Below, piece after piece: positions 37,211 to 46,384 of a stretch of 55,996 nt of DNA. A model generated the notes under the pieces. That model saw nothing but the letters and a program-made list of their open reading frames with translations. It did no database searches and had not been told where the DNA came from. Each line of letters begins with the position of its first letter. The stretch's first letter is position 1. The DNA lies in the NCBI GenBank assembly GCA_019237325.1, contig JAFAHI010000613.1, positions 1 through 55,996 on the forward strand. The letters run 5' to 3'. The DNA is from Verrucomicrobiota bacterium. GTDB taxonomy: Bacteria > Verrucomicrobiota > Verrucomicrobiia > Chthoniobacterales > JAFAMB01. Made by a program: the position numbers and the translations under genes.

Positions 37211-37696
37211 CTAGTTCGCCGCATTTCCGGCGATATCCCAAGCGGCATTGATTGCCGTGCCGGCCGACCCGTCATCCTGTTGTGGCGTATAGTCCAGGCT
37301 AAACTTACCGAAATTCAGGGTGACATTTTCGGTTAAACGGTCTTCACCGCCGGAGCCTCCCGTTGAAATCCCGGCGATCAGCACCTCGTCCATCGTGATC
37401 TTAATGTATTCGATCGGCGACTTACCGCCCGCCTTGCGTATGGTGAGTAACACCTGAGCGTAATGCGAACCGTTGCAACAGGCCAACATCAGTTTCGGCG
37501 ACGCGGAGTCCACCCATTTGGTGAGGCTGATATCCTGCACATTCACCTTGCCACTGCCGGCTCCTCCGCCAACATGCGCTGAGCCGGAATTGCTCATTCC
37601 CCAGGACCACGATAGTACGTCAATCTCCTTGGTGTGGACCTTATCTTTCGACTCACCGTCTACCCCCTGTATCTTCAAAAACATGTCGACTGCCAT
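37211..37696 (-). CDS. hcp: T6SS tube protein Hcp (TssD)
   Basis: 161 aa beginning MAVDMFLKIQGVDGESKDKVHTKEIDVLSWSWGMSN, the canonical Hcp N-terminus. Confidence 0.95.
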   Translation of the reverse strand: MAVDMFLKIQGVDGESKDKVHTKEIDVLSWSWGMSNSGSAHVGGGAGSGKVNVQDISLTKWVDSASPKLMLACCNGSHYAQVLLTIRKAGGKSPIEYIKITMDEVLIAGISTGGSGGEDRLTENVTLNFGKFSLDYTPQQDDGSAGTAINAAWDIAGNAAN

Positions 37697-37834
37697 AATC
37701 TTCGGTTACCGTTGTATTGATGAAAGCGCCGTTGGTTTTCAGTTTTCGATATGCCGATTCCGCATCAGTCGAAGGTTCCCCTGTGGCGCCTTCAGGGAGC
37801 TACGGCCGATCCGGAGTCACTTACTAAGGGAAAC

Positions 37835-39334
37835 TCACTTACCTTTTATCGCAGGCAGCTTTGAAACTAGCCGCAAGGAAACGGTTAATCCTTCCAGTTG
37901 GAAATGAGGCCGCAAATAGAACCTGGACGTGTAGTAGCCAGGATTGCCTTCGACTTCCTGCACTTCGACAGAAGCGTCTGCCAATGGGCGTAGCGCTTTC
38001 TGGGTCTCTGACGCTGTACTACCATCGACACAGAATTTTTTGATCCAATCGTTTAACCAACGTTCCATATCGGCCCGCTCTTTAAATGATCCGATCTTAT
38101 CGCGCACCATGCATTTGAGATAGTGCGCAAACCGGCAGGTCGCAAATAAGTAAGGCAATCTGGCAGCCAGATTAGCGTTAGCGGTGGCGTCTGGATCGTC
38201 GTAGACGGCAGGTTTTTGCAGTGACTGCGCACCGATAAAAACCGCGTAATCCGAGTTTTTATAGTGCGAAAGAGGCATGAACCCATTCTTGGCCAGCTCT
38301 GCTTCGCGACGGTCAGTAATCGCGATTTCAGTCGGACATTTCATGTCCACCCCACCGTCGTCAGTTGGGAAGGTATGAACCGGAAGGCCTTCGAGCATCC
38401 CGCCGCTCTCGGTTCCACGGATTTGGGCGCACCAACCGTACAGCTTGAAAGCCCGGGTAATATTCGTGCCCATCGCATAGGCCGAGTTCGACCAGGTGTA
38501 TTTATTATGGTCGGCGCCTTCGGTGTCTTCCTCGAACGCGAACTCTTCCACCGGCGAAGTCCTAACGCCGTACGGTAGGCGCGAAAGAAAGCGCGGCATG
38601 GCCAGACCGATATACCTGGAATCTTCCGAATCTCTCAGAGACCTCCAAGGCGCGTACTCCGGAGTCTGGAAAATTTTTGTCAGATCGCGCGGATCACTTA
38701 GTTCGCGCCACGAATCCATGTTCAGAACGGTCGGCCCAGCGCCGGCGATGAACGGGGCATGGGCGGCCGCCGCGATTTGGGCCATACTTCCCAACAATTC
38801 CACGTCCGGGGGGCTGTGGTCGAAGTAGTAATCGCCGATTAGAGCCCCATACGGTTGTCCACCGGGAGAGCCATACTCGTCCTCGTAAATCTTTTTGAAA
38901 ATTGGACTCTGGTCCCAGGCCGTCCCTTTGTATTTCTTCAAGGTCTTGCCTAGTTCCTGCTTGCCAACATTCAAGACTCGGATCTTCAGCATCTCATCCG
39001 TCTCAGTGTTGTTCACCAAGTGATAGAGACCGCGCCAAGTACCTTCCAATTTTCTGAAGTCGTCGTGATGAATAATCCGATTAACCTGCTCGCTGAGCTT
39101 GCGATCCAGTTCGCCGACCAATGATTCAATGGTCAAAAGCACGTCATCCGAAACCAACGACGTGGAGCCGAGCGCTTGTTCTGCCAGCGTTCTGACCGCT
39201 TCTTGAACCGCCGTCTTTGCTTCATCGGTCTTCGGCCGAAATTCTTTGTTAAGCAGCGCGTCGAATTCGCTGGGCTCGAACGCGGCAGCGGTCGTTGCCG
39301 ATTCCGATTGTGTCTGTGGATTCTCTTGAGCCAT
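37835..39334 (-). CDS. tssC: T6SS contractile sheath large subunit TssC
   Basis: 499 aa and conserved throughout (e.g. PFVMGVM-type partner upstream, RFAHYLKCMVRDKIGSF). Confidence 0.95.
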   Translation of the reverse strand: MAQENPQTQSESATTAAAFEPSEFDALLNKEFRPKTDEAKTAVQEAVRTLAEQALGSTSLVSDDVLLTIESLVGELDRKLSEQVNRIIHHDDFRKLEGTWRGLYHLVNNTETDEMLKIRVLNVGKQELGKTLKKYKGTAWDQSPIFKKIYEDEYGSPGGQPYGALIGDYYFDHSPPDVELLGSMAQIAAAAHAPFIAGAGPTVLNMDSWRELSDPRDLTKIFQTPEYAPWRSLRDSEDSRYIGLAMPRFLSRLPYGVRTSPVEEFAFEEDTEGADHNKYTWSNSAYAMGTNITRAFKLYGWCAQIRGTESGGMLEGLPVHTFPTDDGGVDMKCPTEIAITDRREAELAKNGFMPLSHYKNSDYAVFIGAQSLQKPAVYDDPDATANANLAARLPYLFATCRFAHYLKCMVRDKIGSFKERADMERWLNDWIKKFCVDGSTASETQKALRPLADASVEVQEVEGNPGYYTSRFYLRPHFQLEGLTVSLRLVSKLPAIKGK

Positions 39335-39345
39335 AGGGGGTTACC

Positions 39346-39870
39346 TTAAGAAGCCGTGTCGGCTGGTTTTGTCTCCTCAGGTTTAGGGGCCGATGCCAAA
39401 GCAGTTAACAACGCCGGGTCTCCGAGGATCTTACGGATAAGCTCTTCGGCGCCGACTTTGCCATCCATATAAGTAAGCAGGTTCGAAAGTTGATTGCGGG
39501 CCGTAAGTAGCTGGTTCAGCGATTCAACTTTCTGGGCAACCGCACCGGGCGAGAAATCGTCCAAGCTCTCAAAGGTCAGATCGACACTCAGGTTCCCTTC
39601 GCCAGTGAGGGTGTTCGGAACGCTGAAAGCGACTCGCGGCTTCGCCGCCTTTAGCCGGTCGTTGAAATTATCGATATCGATTTCCAAGAACTTACGCTCC
39701 GCTACGGGAGCCAGCGGATCCGCGGGCTTACCGGAAAGATCCGCCATCACGCCCATCACGAAAGGCAACTCGACTTTTTTCTGCGCTCCATAGACCTCTA
39801 CGTCGTATTCGATCTGGACGCGCGGCGCCCGGTTCCGGGCGATGAATTTTTGGCTGCTCGCTTTTGCCAT
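39346..39870 (-). CDS. tssB: T6SS contractile sheath small subunit TssB
   Basis: 174 aa with RVQIEYDVEVYGAQKKVELPFVMGVMADLSG. Confidence 0.95.
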   Translation of the reverse strand: MAKASSQKFIARNRAPRVQIEYDVEVYGAQKKVELPFVMGVMADLSGKPADPLAPVAERKFLEIDIDNFNDRLKAAKPRVAFSVPNTLTGEGNLSVDLTFESLDDFSPGAVAQKVESLNQLLTARNQLSNLLTYMDGKVGAEELIRKILGDPALLTALASAPKPEETKPADTAS

Positions 39871-40190
39871 TGGCTTGTTCCTTAATCAGTTTTTTCCGTT
39901 GAAGGTTGCTGCACCAAGGACTCTGGTGGCGAAAGCGCTCGCAATTAAATGCTGGGGAGAACGGAACCGTGTCAAAAACCGATTAGGTCGTGTCGCGCGG
40001 TAGGGCGACGTGTCACCGAAATATCGTCCAAAACCGATTCCCTTCATTCAACTGGGTTGGTTGCTCGCAAAACTCCAAGTAGATTTCGATAACGTCAGAA
40101 ATTACAAAAATTGTCAATCGGTATCCTACGAATTCCGGCCCTTTAATCCGAAATTAAAATCCGGAGCACTGCGCGCTCCTTGATGTCCTA

Positions 40191-41225
40191 TCAGCCACCT
40201 TGTTCCTCTTTTTCGCCAGAGATCCTGTAAATCTCGGTAATCGCGTCCGGTGCGATATCTTTTATGATCTGAAGGAAATCCATTTCCGCCAGTCGCAACG
40301 CGCGTTTGAGGATAAGGGGCACAGGACTGGACGGTTCAGCGCGCGCGTAGTAGTCGCAGATTTTGTGCAACAATCTTACGACATCCTCCCGAGAACGGAG
40401 CTCTCCCTGTCTCGACGCCGGTGCCGCGTCCTCGACATGGCCAGATCCGGGCACAGCTTCCTCCGCGGTCAGGAGGCTCGCAGCCGGCACGTACGGCTCG
40501 ACGCGTTTCCGCATGGCAGTCAGTTCTACCGATAAAGGAGTGAGATCGGGCGCTTTATCTGCACCAACCGTTTGGGTGAGGAACTGATCAACGGACTCTA
40601 CTAATGTAACGCTCTCGCTGAGAACCCGATAGGTCTCGGCTAACTCATCCTTGTTTGAATCGCGAAATGCAGCTTCGATCCGGGCGAGATTAGGTCCGGA
40701 ATCATCGGTCTTGCCACCGGCAGCCGTTTCGGCGCGAAGAATATCTGAAAGGCTGTAACGGCCCATCTGCAAAGAGTTACAAAGAGGCGCGTCGTGCAGG
40801 CGCTCGATCACGCGTAGCTGGTCGCCAAAGCTCCCGATTGGCATCGCCATCGAAGCAACGACGTTCATTCTTTCAAGAGGATCGTTGCCGTCAGACGGAT
40901 CAAGCTGGGGATGAAAGTTTGGCCAGTATCTTTCTACCAACCCCTTCAGTACTGCGAGGGTCTCTCGAAAAGCCGGCAAACCCTCTAACTCGAGCTCTGC
41001 CACCGATAGAGTCACTGCAATGCGTAAGTCTTTGGACCGGGCGAACAGCTCTAGGCAAGCGGAGCGGACTGCCTTCCAGTCCGGAGGTTTTGCCTCTGAG
41101 AATTGGGTTTCAGGCGTACCGCGCGCCATAGTTTCCAATGCCTGGAAACCCGTGTCATAAGATAAATCCTCCCCGCATGGAGCTTCCTCGGAGACCGGCT
41201 TGAGCAACTCTTCTGCGACAATCAT
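40191..41225 (-). CDS. tssA: T6SS protein TssA (ImpA N-terminal domain)
   Basis: 344 aa with the LLKPVSEEAPCGEDLSYDTGFQALE ImpA_N signature. Confidence 0.85.
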   Translation of the reverse strand: MIVAEELLKPVSEEAPCGEDLSYDTGFQALETMARGTPETQFSEAKPPDWKAVRSACLELFARSKDLRIAVTLSVAELELEGLPAFRETLAVLKGLVERYWPNFHPQLDPSDGNDPLERMNVVASMAMPIGSFGDQLRVIERLHDAPLCNSLQMGRYSLSDILRAETAAGGKTDDSGPNLARIEAAFRDSNKDELAETYRVLSESVTLVESVDQFLTQTVGADKAPDLTPLSVELTAMRKRVEPYVPAASLLTAEEAVPGSGHVEDAAPASRQGELRSREDVVRLLHKICDYYARAEPSSPVPLILKRALRLAEMDFLQIIKDIAPDAITEIYRISGEKEEQGG

Positions 41226-41295
41226 ACCGGCTGTGCTTTAGCGCCAGAAGACAGAATCTCTTTTAGCTTGTCGAGCGTTATTTCGATGAGTCAGG

Positions 41296-42882
41296 TTGAC
41301 CGGTATGTCGGCTGATCATGTTAGCACAGCTTACGACCGGGTATTGTATCCAAGCAGCACCTTTCCCGAGACTCACCCCAATCGACTTGCCACCGTCGCG
41401 TATCTTCGGGGACTGCAACCAGCTCCGGTCAATGGCTGCCGCGTTTTAGAACTGGGCTGCGGCGCAGGCGGTAATCTGATACCCATGGCGTTCCATCTGC
41501 CGGACAGTGAGTTTGTGGGCCTGGATTTGGCGCAGCGCCCTATCGCCTCAGGCCAGAGTTTTGCCGCTAAGCTCGGTTTGTCCAACCTCACCCTGCGCTC
41601 GATGGATCTGCGCGAAGCGCGTGTCGATGAACTGGGCCATTTCGACTTCATCATCGCCCATGGAGTCTATTCCTGGGTCCCGCAACCAGTGCGGGAGCGC
41701 ATTTTGGGTATTTGCCAGGACATGCTAAACCCGCAAGGCGTCGCCTACATCAGCTATAACGCTTACCCCGGAAGTCATTTTCGAGATCTCGCTCGCGGCA
41801 TGATGCGTTTTCATGTGTCTGCTTTTGAGAGTTTTGAGGACAAGCTTGGCCAGGCCAGGGGCCTTCTCAAATTTATCTCTGAGTCCAGAATGAAGCCCGA
41901 TTATTACGTAGAAGCGATTCGCGCGGAATTCGGGCGCGTCTCGAAATACATCGACGCAGCCTTTTTTCATGATGATTTGAACGAAGTCAATCAACCCTTC
42001 TATCTGTATGAATTCATCGCCGACGCGAAGCGGTACAGATTGCAATTTGTGGGAGAGGCTACCGCTAGCGATTTGAATCTTGAGAAATTAACCCCTGAAG
42101 CGACGAAGAAGATGGCCGAACTCGAAGCGGGGGATGCCGTGATCTTCGAACAATTTAAAGACTTTCTGGTTGCCACCGGTTTTCGACGAACACTCCTTTG
42201 CCGGGCAGAGATCGACCTGGCGCCCGACTTAGTCCTTGAAAGGGTGCGACAGCTTTACTTAATGTCCGACGCCGTCCGGGTCGAAGGAACTGGAACCGGG
42301 GACTCCAACCACCTCTTTCGACGGCCGCGCGGCGACGAGGTCGCAACCACAGATCCGCTGTTTGCGGCGGCTCTCGATTTTCTGTCGGCAGAGTATCCCC
42401 GGAGTGTCTCTTTTGAAAAACTAGTCCAGGCGGCCCGGGCTGCTGCCGGCTCCCAATCGGAAACCCGTAGCGCCGCCGATTCTACGGGCGCGTTGGAGGA
42501 AGCCCTATTGAAGGCGTACCACGCCGGCTTCCTTTTTTTAAATGCTTACCAGCCGGAAGTCGTCAACCAGGTTACGGAACGCCCCGCCACCAGCAAACTA
42601 GCGAGGTTTCAGCTGGCCCGAGGCAATTTTGCGACTAGCCAGCTTCATGTTTCTCATGAGTTTCCGGATCCATTCGCTCGCCAGCTAGTAGTGCTGTTAG
42701 ATGGTACCCGCGATCAGGCGGCCTTGACGCGCGACCTGATTGAATTCGCGAAATCGACTGGAGACCCAATTTACGAAAATGGTGTTCGCGTGACAAATTC
42801 GGATGAACTCCCCCATGCGATCGGACGGCGACTTCCGCCAGCGCTGGCGTCACTGGCTCGCGCCGGAATGTTAGTGGGGTAG
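41296..42882 (+). CDS. class I SAM-dependent methyltransferase with C-terminal methyltransferase-regulatory domain (an ATG at 41305 is the more likely start)
   Basis: It has YDRVLYPSSTFPETHPNRLA, VLELGCGAGGNLIPMA, FDFIIAHGVYSWVP and GVAYISYNAYPG, the typical layout of the MethyTransf_Reg family. Confidence 0.85.
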   Translation: MTGMSADHVSTAYDRVLYPSSTFPETHPNRLATVAYLRGLQPAPVNGCRVLELGCGAGGNLIPMAFHLPDSEFVGLDLAQRPIASGQSFAAKLGLSNLTLRSMDLREARVDELGHFDFIIAHGVYSWVPQPVRERILGICQDMLNPQGVAYISYNAYPGSHFRDLARGMMRFHVSAFESFEDKLGQARGLLKFISESRMKPDYYVEAIRAEFGRVSKYIDAAFFHDDLNEVNQPFYLYEFIADAKRYRLQFVGEATASDLNLEKLTPEATKKMAELEAGDAVIFEQFKDFLVATGFRRTLLCRAEIDLAPDLVLERVRQLYLMSDAVRVEGTGTGDSNHLFRRPRGDEVATTDPLFAAALDFLSAEYPRSVSFEKLVQAARAAAGSQSETRSAADSTGALEEALLKAYHAGFLFLNAYQPEVVNQVTERPATSKLARFQLARGNFATSQLHVSHEFPDPFARQLVVLLDGTRDQAALTRDLIEFAKSTGDPIYENGVRVTNSDELPHAIGRRLPPALASLARAGMLVG

Positions 42883-43126
42883 GTGATAGGCGATAAGCTC
42901 AGCGAGCAATCCGTAGATGAGCTGCTGAATTTACCTGACGTTCATCTGCAACGCTTTGGTGATCCTTTAACATGGTCCACAACGGCTTTTGCCCTATAAC
43001 ATGGTAGTATTTCCGCGAACAAGCTAAGGCGTGCCGGCTATCCTGACCGAAGAAGATCTCATGCAGCCGGAAGCGCTTCTGAAGCAAATCAGGGGGCTGG
43101 TTGGTAGTTACCCGTCTGTGTGGTCA

Positions 43127-45412
43127 TCAAGCCCGCTCTTTCCGAGCAAGCAGCCAACTGGAAACCGCAAAACCACCCAACGTCCACAAAATAAGCGATA
43201 GATACGCGACCCAAAGCGGCCGCTTCTCTGTGTAGATGGCGCCGTTGAGAAGCCGTTGCTTGGTGATGGATCGGTACCAGTTGTTGATATTTGAGTAGGG
43301 AGTTAGATAATTGGTGATTAGATCGCCGGTAATTTTCTGATCGATCAGAAAACTAACATCCGCAACCCGTTCGGAAGCAAAACTCGGCATGATCTGGCTC
43401 ACCCATAAGATGGGCGGCGACATCATATAGGCGGGGGGGCTAAAGCCAGAAAATACAATCTGGGGGATTAGGAACAAAGGGACCAGCATGACAGCTTGGA
43501 TCGCCGATCTAGCGAAAGTCGAAATTGTTAAGCCGATTCCTGTTGAGGCAAACGCCAATAAAATCAACCCGAGCACTTGCCACTGCCAAGCGCCGTGAAC
43601 CCCCAAGTGGATGACGAAGATCACCACAAACAATAGCAGTGATTGGAAAGTTGTAAGACCGCCCATCCAAAGGAACTTGCTTGCCAGATAGCTCCAGCGG
43701 CTCAACCCCACTAACCGCTCCCGGCGATAGATGGGTAACTCTCGAACGATCTCTTGCGCTGAATTACTCGAGCCGAACCAAAGAGTCGCGATATAAGTAT
43801 AGAATTGCGTCAGTGGAGCATCGTTAGTCGCGAAGGCAACCAAAACACCGATAATCATCGGTTGAGCCAGAAGCATGATCGGGTTCTTAATATCCGCGCG
43901 AAATATTGCGATTTGACGTTCTAACAAAATCGGAAGAGACAACGCTTTCTTCGGTCGGGGCGGAGGCTCGACCTCCGGCTTGCTCCGCTCGATTTCAGGC
44001 GGTAACGATGCCTGAAAATTGGGGAGCGACTGCGGTTCACGCGTTTGGAGCGCTCCGTACAGACCCGTGAGCCGGGAGACACCAAATGCGGCGCGCGCTT
44101 CCTCGGGTAGCCCTTCAAATAAAACTCGACCGTAAGAGACGATGGCCACTTGGTCCATCAGATACACGTTTTCCATCACATGCGTCGTGCAGATCACGGT
44201 ACAACCGTTGTCGGCAAGACGGCGCAACAGCTCCATCACTTTAAATTCAGCGAGCGGATCGAGCCCGGATGTGGGTTCATCTAAAAACAAAATTGGAGGC
44301 CGGCTGAGTAATTCAACTCCAACACTGACCCTTTTTCGTTGGCCGCCTGACAGACGGTCCACCTTCGCGTTTGCCCGGTCAGAAAGTCCCAGATTGGAGA
44401 TAGTCTGATTTACTAATTTCGCGATTTCCCGTCGTGGCGTCCCGGCCGGCAAACGGAGACGCGCCGCGAAGGTCAGCGCTTGGGAAATAGTAAGATCAGC
44501 ATGTACAATGTCATCCTGAGGAACGTAACCAAAAAGCGAGCGAAGCCGATCGAGGTTTGCGTAAAAATCGGTTTGATCGATCAAGATTTTCCCGCCGTCG
44601 GCGGGCTTGAGGCCGCTCAGGGCGTTAAGCAGCGTCGTTTTTCCCGCGCCGCTCGGACCAAGAATTCCGATGAATTGACCCGGCGCGGCGACAAAGCTCG
44701 CTTGCCGCAGAATCGGACCGCTCTCACCTTCCTTGGTCAAATCCACCGCAACGATGCGGCCCACTGAGACGCGCGGAACCCGTCGGCAGTTCTTCCCATC
44801 ATAAAGGAAGCAGAAAGATCCCAGCTGGATCTGGTCGCCAATGACCAGATCATGTTCTACAAAACGCCGGCCGTTAACAAACGCCCCGGTTTTGCTATTG
44901 AGATCAAACAGCCGAAACCCGTCCGGCCCAAGTTCGATCTTTGCATGCCGGCGCGAAACGCTCGGATCATTCAGATCGATGTCGACTTCGTCGCCGCGAC
45001 CGAAAACCAGATTCGCTTTCAGCGGAATGAGATCCACCGATTCACCCTGATAGCGAATGGCGCCCACCGGAGGAGCGGCATCCCAAATGGCTGAACGTTC
45101 TTCGCTGCTGACTCCGAAAGCCACCGTCACCGGCCCGATCCGGATTTGGTCGCCAGGCCGAAGGGTCACGCGACTCGAAAGGCGGTTTCCGTTTACAACC
45201 GTGCCGCGCCGGCTTTCAAGATCTTCAATAAACCATTCGTCACCTTCTCGCGAAAGCCGGCAATGACGTCGCGAGACTTCCGGATGGTTCAGAACCAAAT
45301 CGACGTCTGCGGCGCGACCAACAATAATATTATCCGTGGAAAAGGTCTCTGAGCGTAAAGGAAGACCAGAAACAACCGCGATCTGTATACTTTTCACGGC
45401 AGCCCGGCCCAT
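43127..45412 (-). CDS. FHA-FHA-ABC transporter fusion (two FHA domains, ATPase, ABC-2-type six-TM permease)
   Basis: FHA1 reads IIVGRAADVDLVLNHPEVSRRHCRL...GTVVNG and FHA2 reads LVFGRGDEVDIDLNDPSVSRRHAKI...GAFVNG. It has Walker A (GPSGAGKT), the ABC signature (LSGGQRKR), Walker B (ILFLDEPTSGLD) and a hydrophobic C-terminal roughly 260 aa. Confidence 0.9.
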   Translation of the reverse strand: MGRAAVKSIQIAVVSGLPLRSETFSTDNIIVGRAADVDLVLNHPEVSRRHCRLSREGDEWFIEDLESRRGTVVNGNRLSSRVTLRPGDQIRIGPVTVAFGVSSEERSAIWDAAPPVGAIRYQGESVDLIPLKANLVFGRGDEVDIDLNDPSVSRRHAKIELGPDGFRLFDLNSKTGAFVNGRRFVEHDLVIGDQIQLGSFCFLYDGKNCRRVPRVSVGRIVAVDLTKEGESGPILRQASFVAAPGQFIGILGPSGAGKTTLLNALSGLKPADGGKILIDQTDFYANLDRLRSLFGYVPQDDIVHADLTISQALTFAARLRLPAGTPRREIAKLVNQTISNLGLSDRANAKVDRLSGGQRKRVSVGVELLSRPPILFLDEPTSGLDPLAEFKVMELLRRLADNGCTVICTTHVMENVYLMDQVAIVSYGRVLFEGLPEEARAAFGVSRLTGLYGALQTREPQSLPNFQASLPPEIERSKPEVEPPPRPKKALSLPILLERQIAIFRADIKNPIMLLAQPMIIGVLVAFATNDAPLTQFYTYIATLWFGSSNSAQEIVRELPIYRRERLVGLSRWSYLASKFLWMGGLTTFQSLLLFVVIFVIHLGVHGAWQWQVLGLILLAFASTGIGLTISTFARSAIQAVMLVPLFLIPQIVFSGFSPPAYMMSPPILWVSQIMPSFASERVADVSFLIDQKITGDLITNYLTPYSNINNWYRSITKQRLLNGAIYTEKRPLWVAYLSLILWTLGGFAVSSWLLARKERA

Positions 45413-46251
45413 ACCTCGACCGTTCGATTCCTAGCCAGACCGTGTGGGTCGAATAGATCGGTTCCACCCATCGGAATCGCGTAGACCGTATTCACTACGC
45501 CACATTTGTCGCGCAGGATTTCTACGACCGCATCGGCACGCTCTTTGGAAAGCGTAAAATTTTTCTGGTCTTCACCCTGTCGGTCTGCGTACCCAAGCAC
45601 GGCCAGAATGATTCTTGGCTCTTGTAACAGTTTCCTAGCCTCTGGCGTGCTAAGTTGTGCCACGATCGACGCTACGCTTTCCGAAGGCACTGATGTGGCC
45701 GTGGGAAATGAAACCACCGCAATTCTGCCCATCGCTTTGGCGCTTTCCACGGCATTGTAAATCGTGTCCTTCTGGACTTGAGTAAGCGAAGGCTGGAGTT
45801 CGATCCGCTGGGCAATGGCGCGCTTGACTTCTTCGAGGCCTTCTCCTGTTAAGTCCAGATTGATCGGGGTGCCGGAACCCGTCGGTGTCGGCGAAGCGGC
45901 AGTTGCGGCTGGCGTTGGGGTCTCCACCGGAGTCGGTGTTGACGTCGGTGTCGGTGTTGGGGTCGGAGTCGGACTTTGCACCGGAGTCGGTGTTGACGAC
46001 ACGATGAGCACGCGGCCTGACGGAGCCCGCATTAAGGTCCATACGATGGCGCCGATAGCGAGTAGCAAAACCACCGCTACACCGGCGATAAGAAAGGTTG
46101 CCAATGAAGAATCCTTCTTCCGGCCGACAGGCTCCAATGGAGAACCGCATTCCGGGCAGCGAAATTCCTTGGTAACAACATTAATCTGTTCGTTGCGATA
46201 GGCTAGCTTACAACCCGAATAGTTAGTGCATTTACCGATGCGTTTAGCCAT
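45394..46251 (-). CDS. Zn-ribbon / TM / Pro-Thr linker / OmpA-like peptidoglycan-binding protein (T6SS-associated anchor candidate)
   Basis: It has CTNYSGC...CPECG, a TM helix (LATFLIAGVAVVLLLAIGAIVW), a (TP)n linker and a C-terminal OmpA/MotB-like segment (ILAVLGYADRQGEDQKNFTLSKERADAVVEIL...NRTVEVW). Its 3' end overlaps the FHA-ABC start by 19 nt. Confidence 0.8.
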   Translation of the reverse strand: MAKRIGKCTNYSGCKLAYRNEQINVVTKEFRCPECGSPLEPVGRKKDSSLATFLIAGVAVVLLLAIGAIVWTLMRAPSGRVLIVSSTPTPVQSPTPTPTPTPTSTPTPVETPTPAATAASPTPTGSGTPINLDLTGEGLEEVKRAIAQRIELQPSLTQVQKDTIYNAVESAKAMGRIAVVSFPTATSVPSESVASIVAQLSTPEARKLLQEPRIILAVLGYADRQGEDQKNFTLSKERADAVVEILRDKCGVVNTVYAIPMGGTDLFDPHGLARNRTVEVWAGLP

Positions 46252-46357
46252 AAGAAAGCAGCGTCCTAGTGAAGGGTTCTACAAAAGTTGAAGCGTGAAA
46301 ACTAGTAACAATCGCTAGAATTGTCACTGAGATTGCGATCGCTTTTCTGCGGGTCAT
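46244..46357 (-). CDS. possible 37-codon small membrane/signal-anchor ORF (not in the ORF track)
   Basis: MTRRKAIAISVTILAIVTSFHASTFVEPFTRTLLSYG. Its TAA stop overlaps the ATG of the next gene (ATGGCTAA). The ribosome-binding site is weak. Confidence 0.25.
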   Translation of the reverse strand: MTRRKAIAISVTILAIVTSFHASTFVEPFTRTLLSYG

Positions 46358-46384
46358 GATGTTCGAGCCGCCGTTTTCTAACTC

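Noticed and set aside
39871-40190. Sigma-54 (TGGCAC-N5-TTGCW) promoter upstream of tssB, as found in several T6SS clusters.
   Set aside because: Scanning both strands by eye gave only poor partial matches (e.g. GCAATTAAATGCTGG), and none has correct GG/GC spacing. No enhancer-binding-protein gene is present either.
42883-43126. 62-aa minus-strand ORF and short plus-strand frames (SVDELLNLPDVHLQRF; ILTEEDLMQPEALLKQIRGLV) in the spacer between the methyltransferase and FHA-ABC genes. These were considered as gene remnants or a small TA component.
   Set aside because: The frames are interrupted by stops after 25-40 codons and have no start or RBS and no identifiable family. They are most likely non-coding convergent-terminator space.
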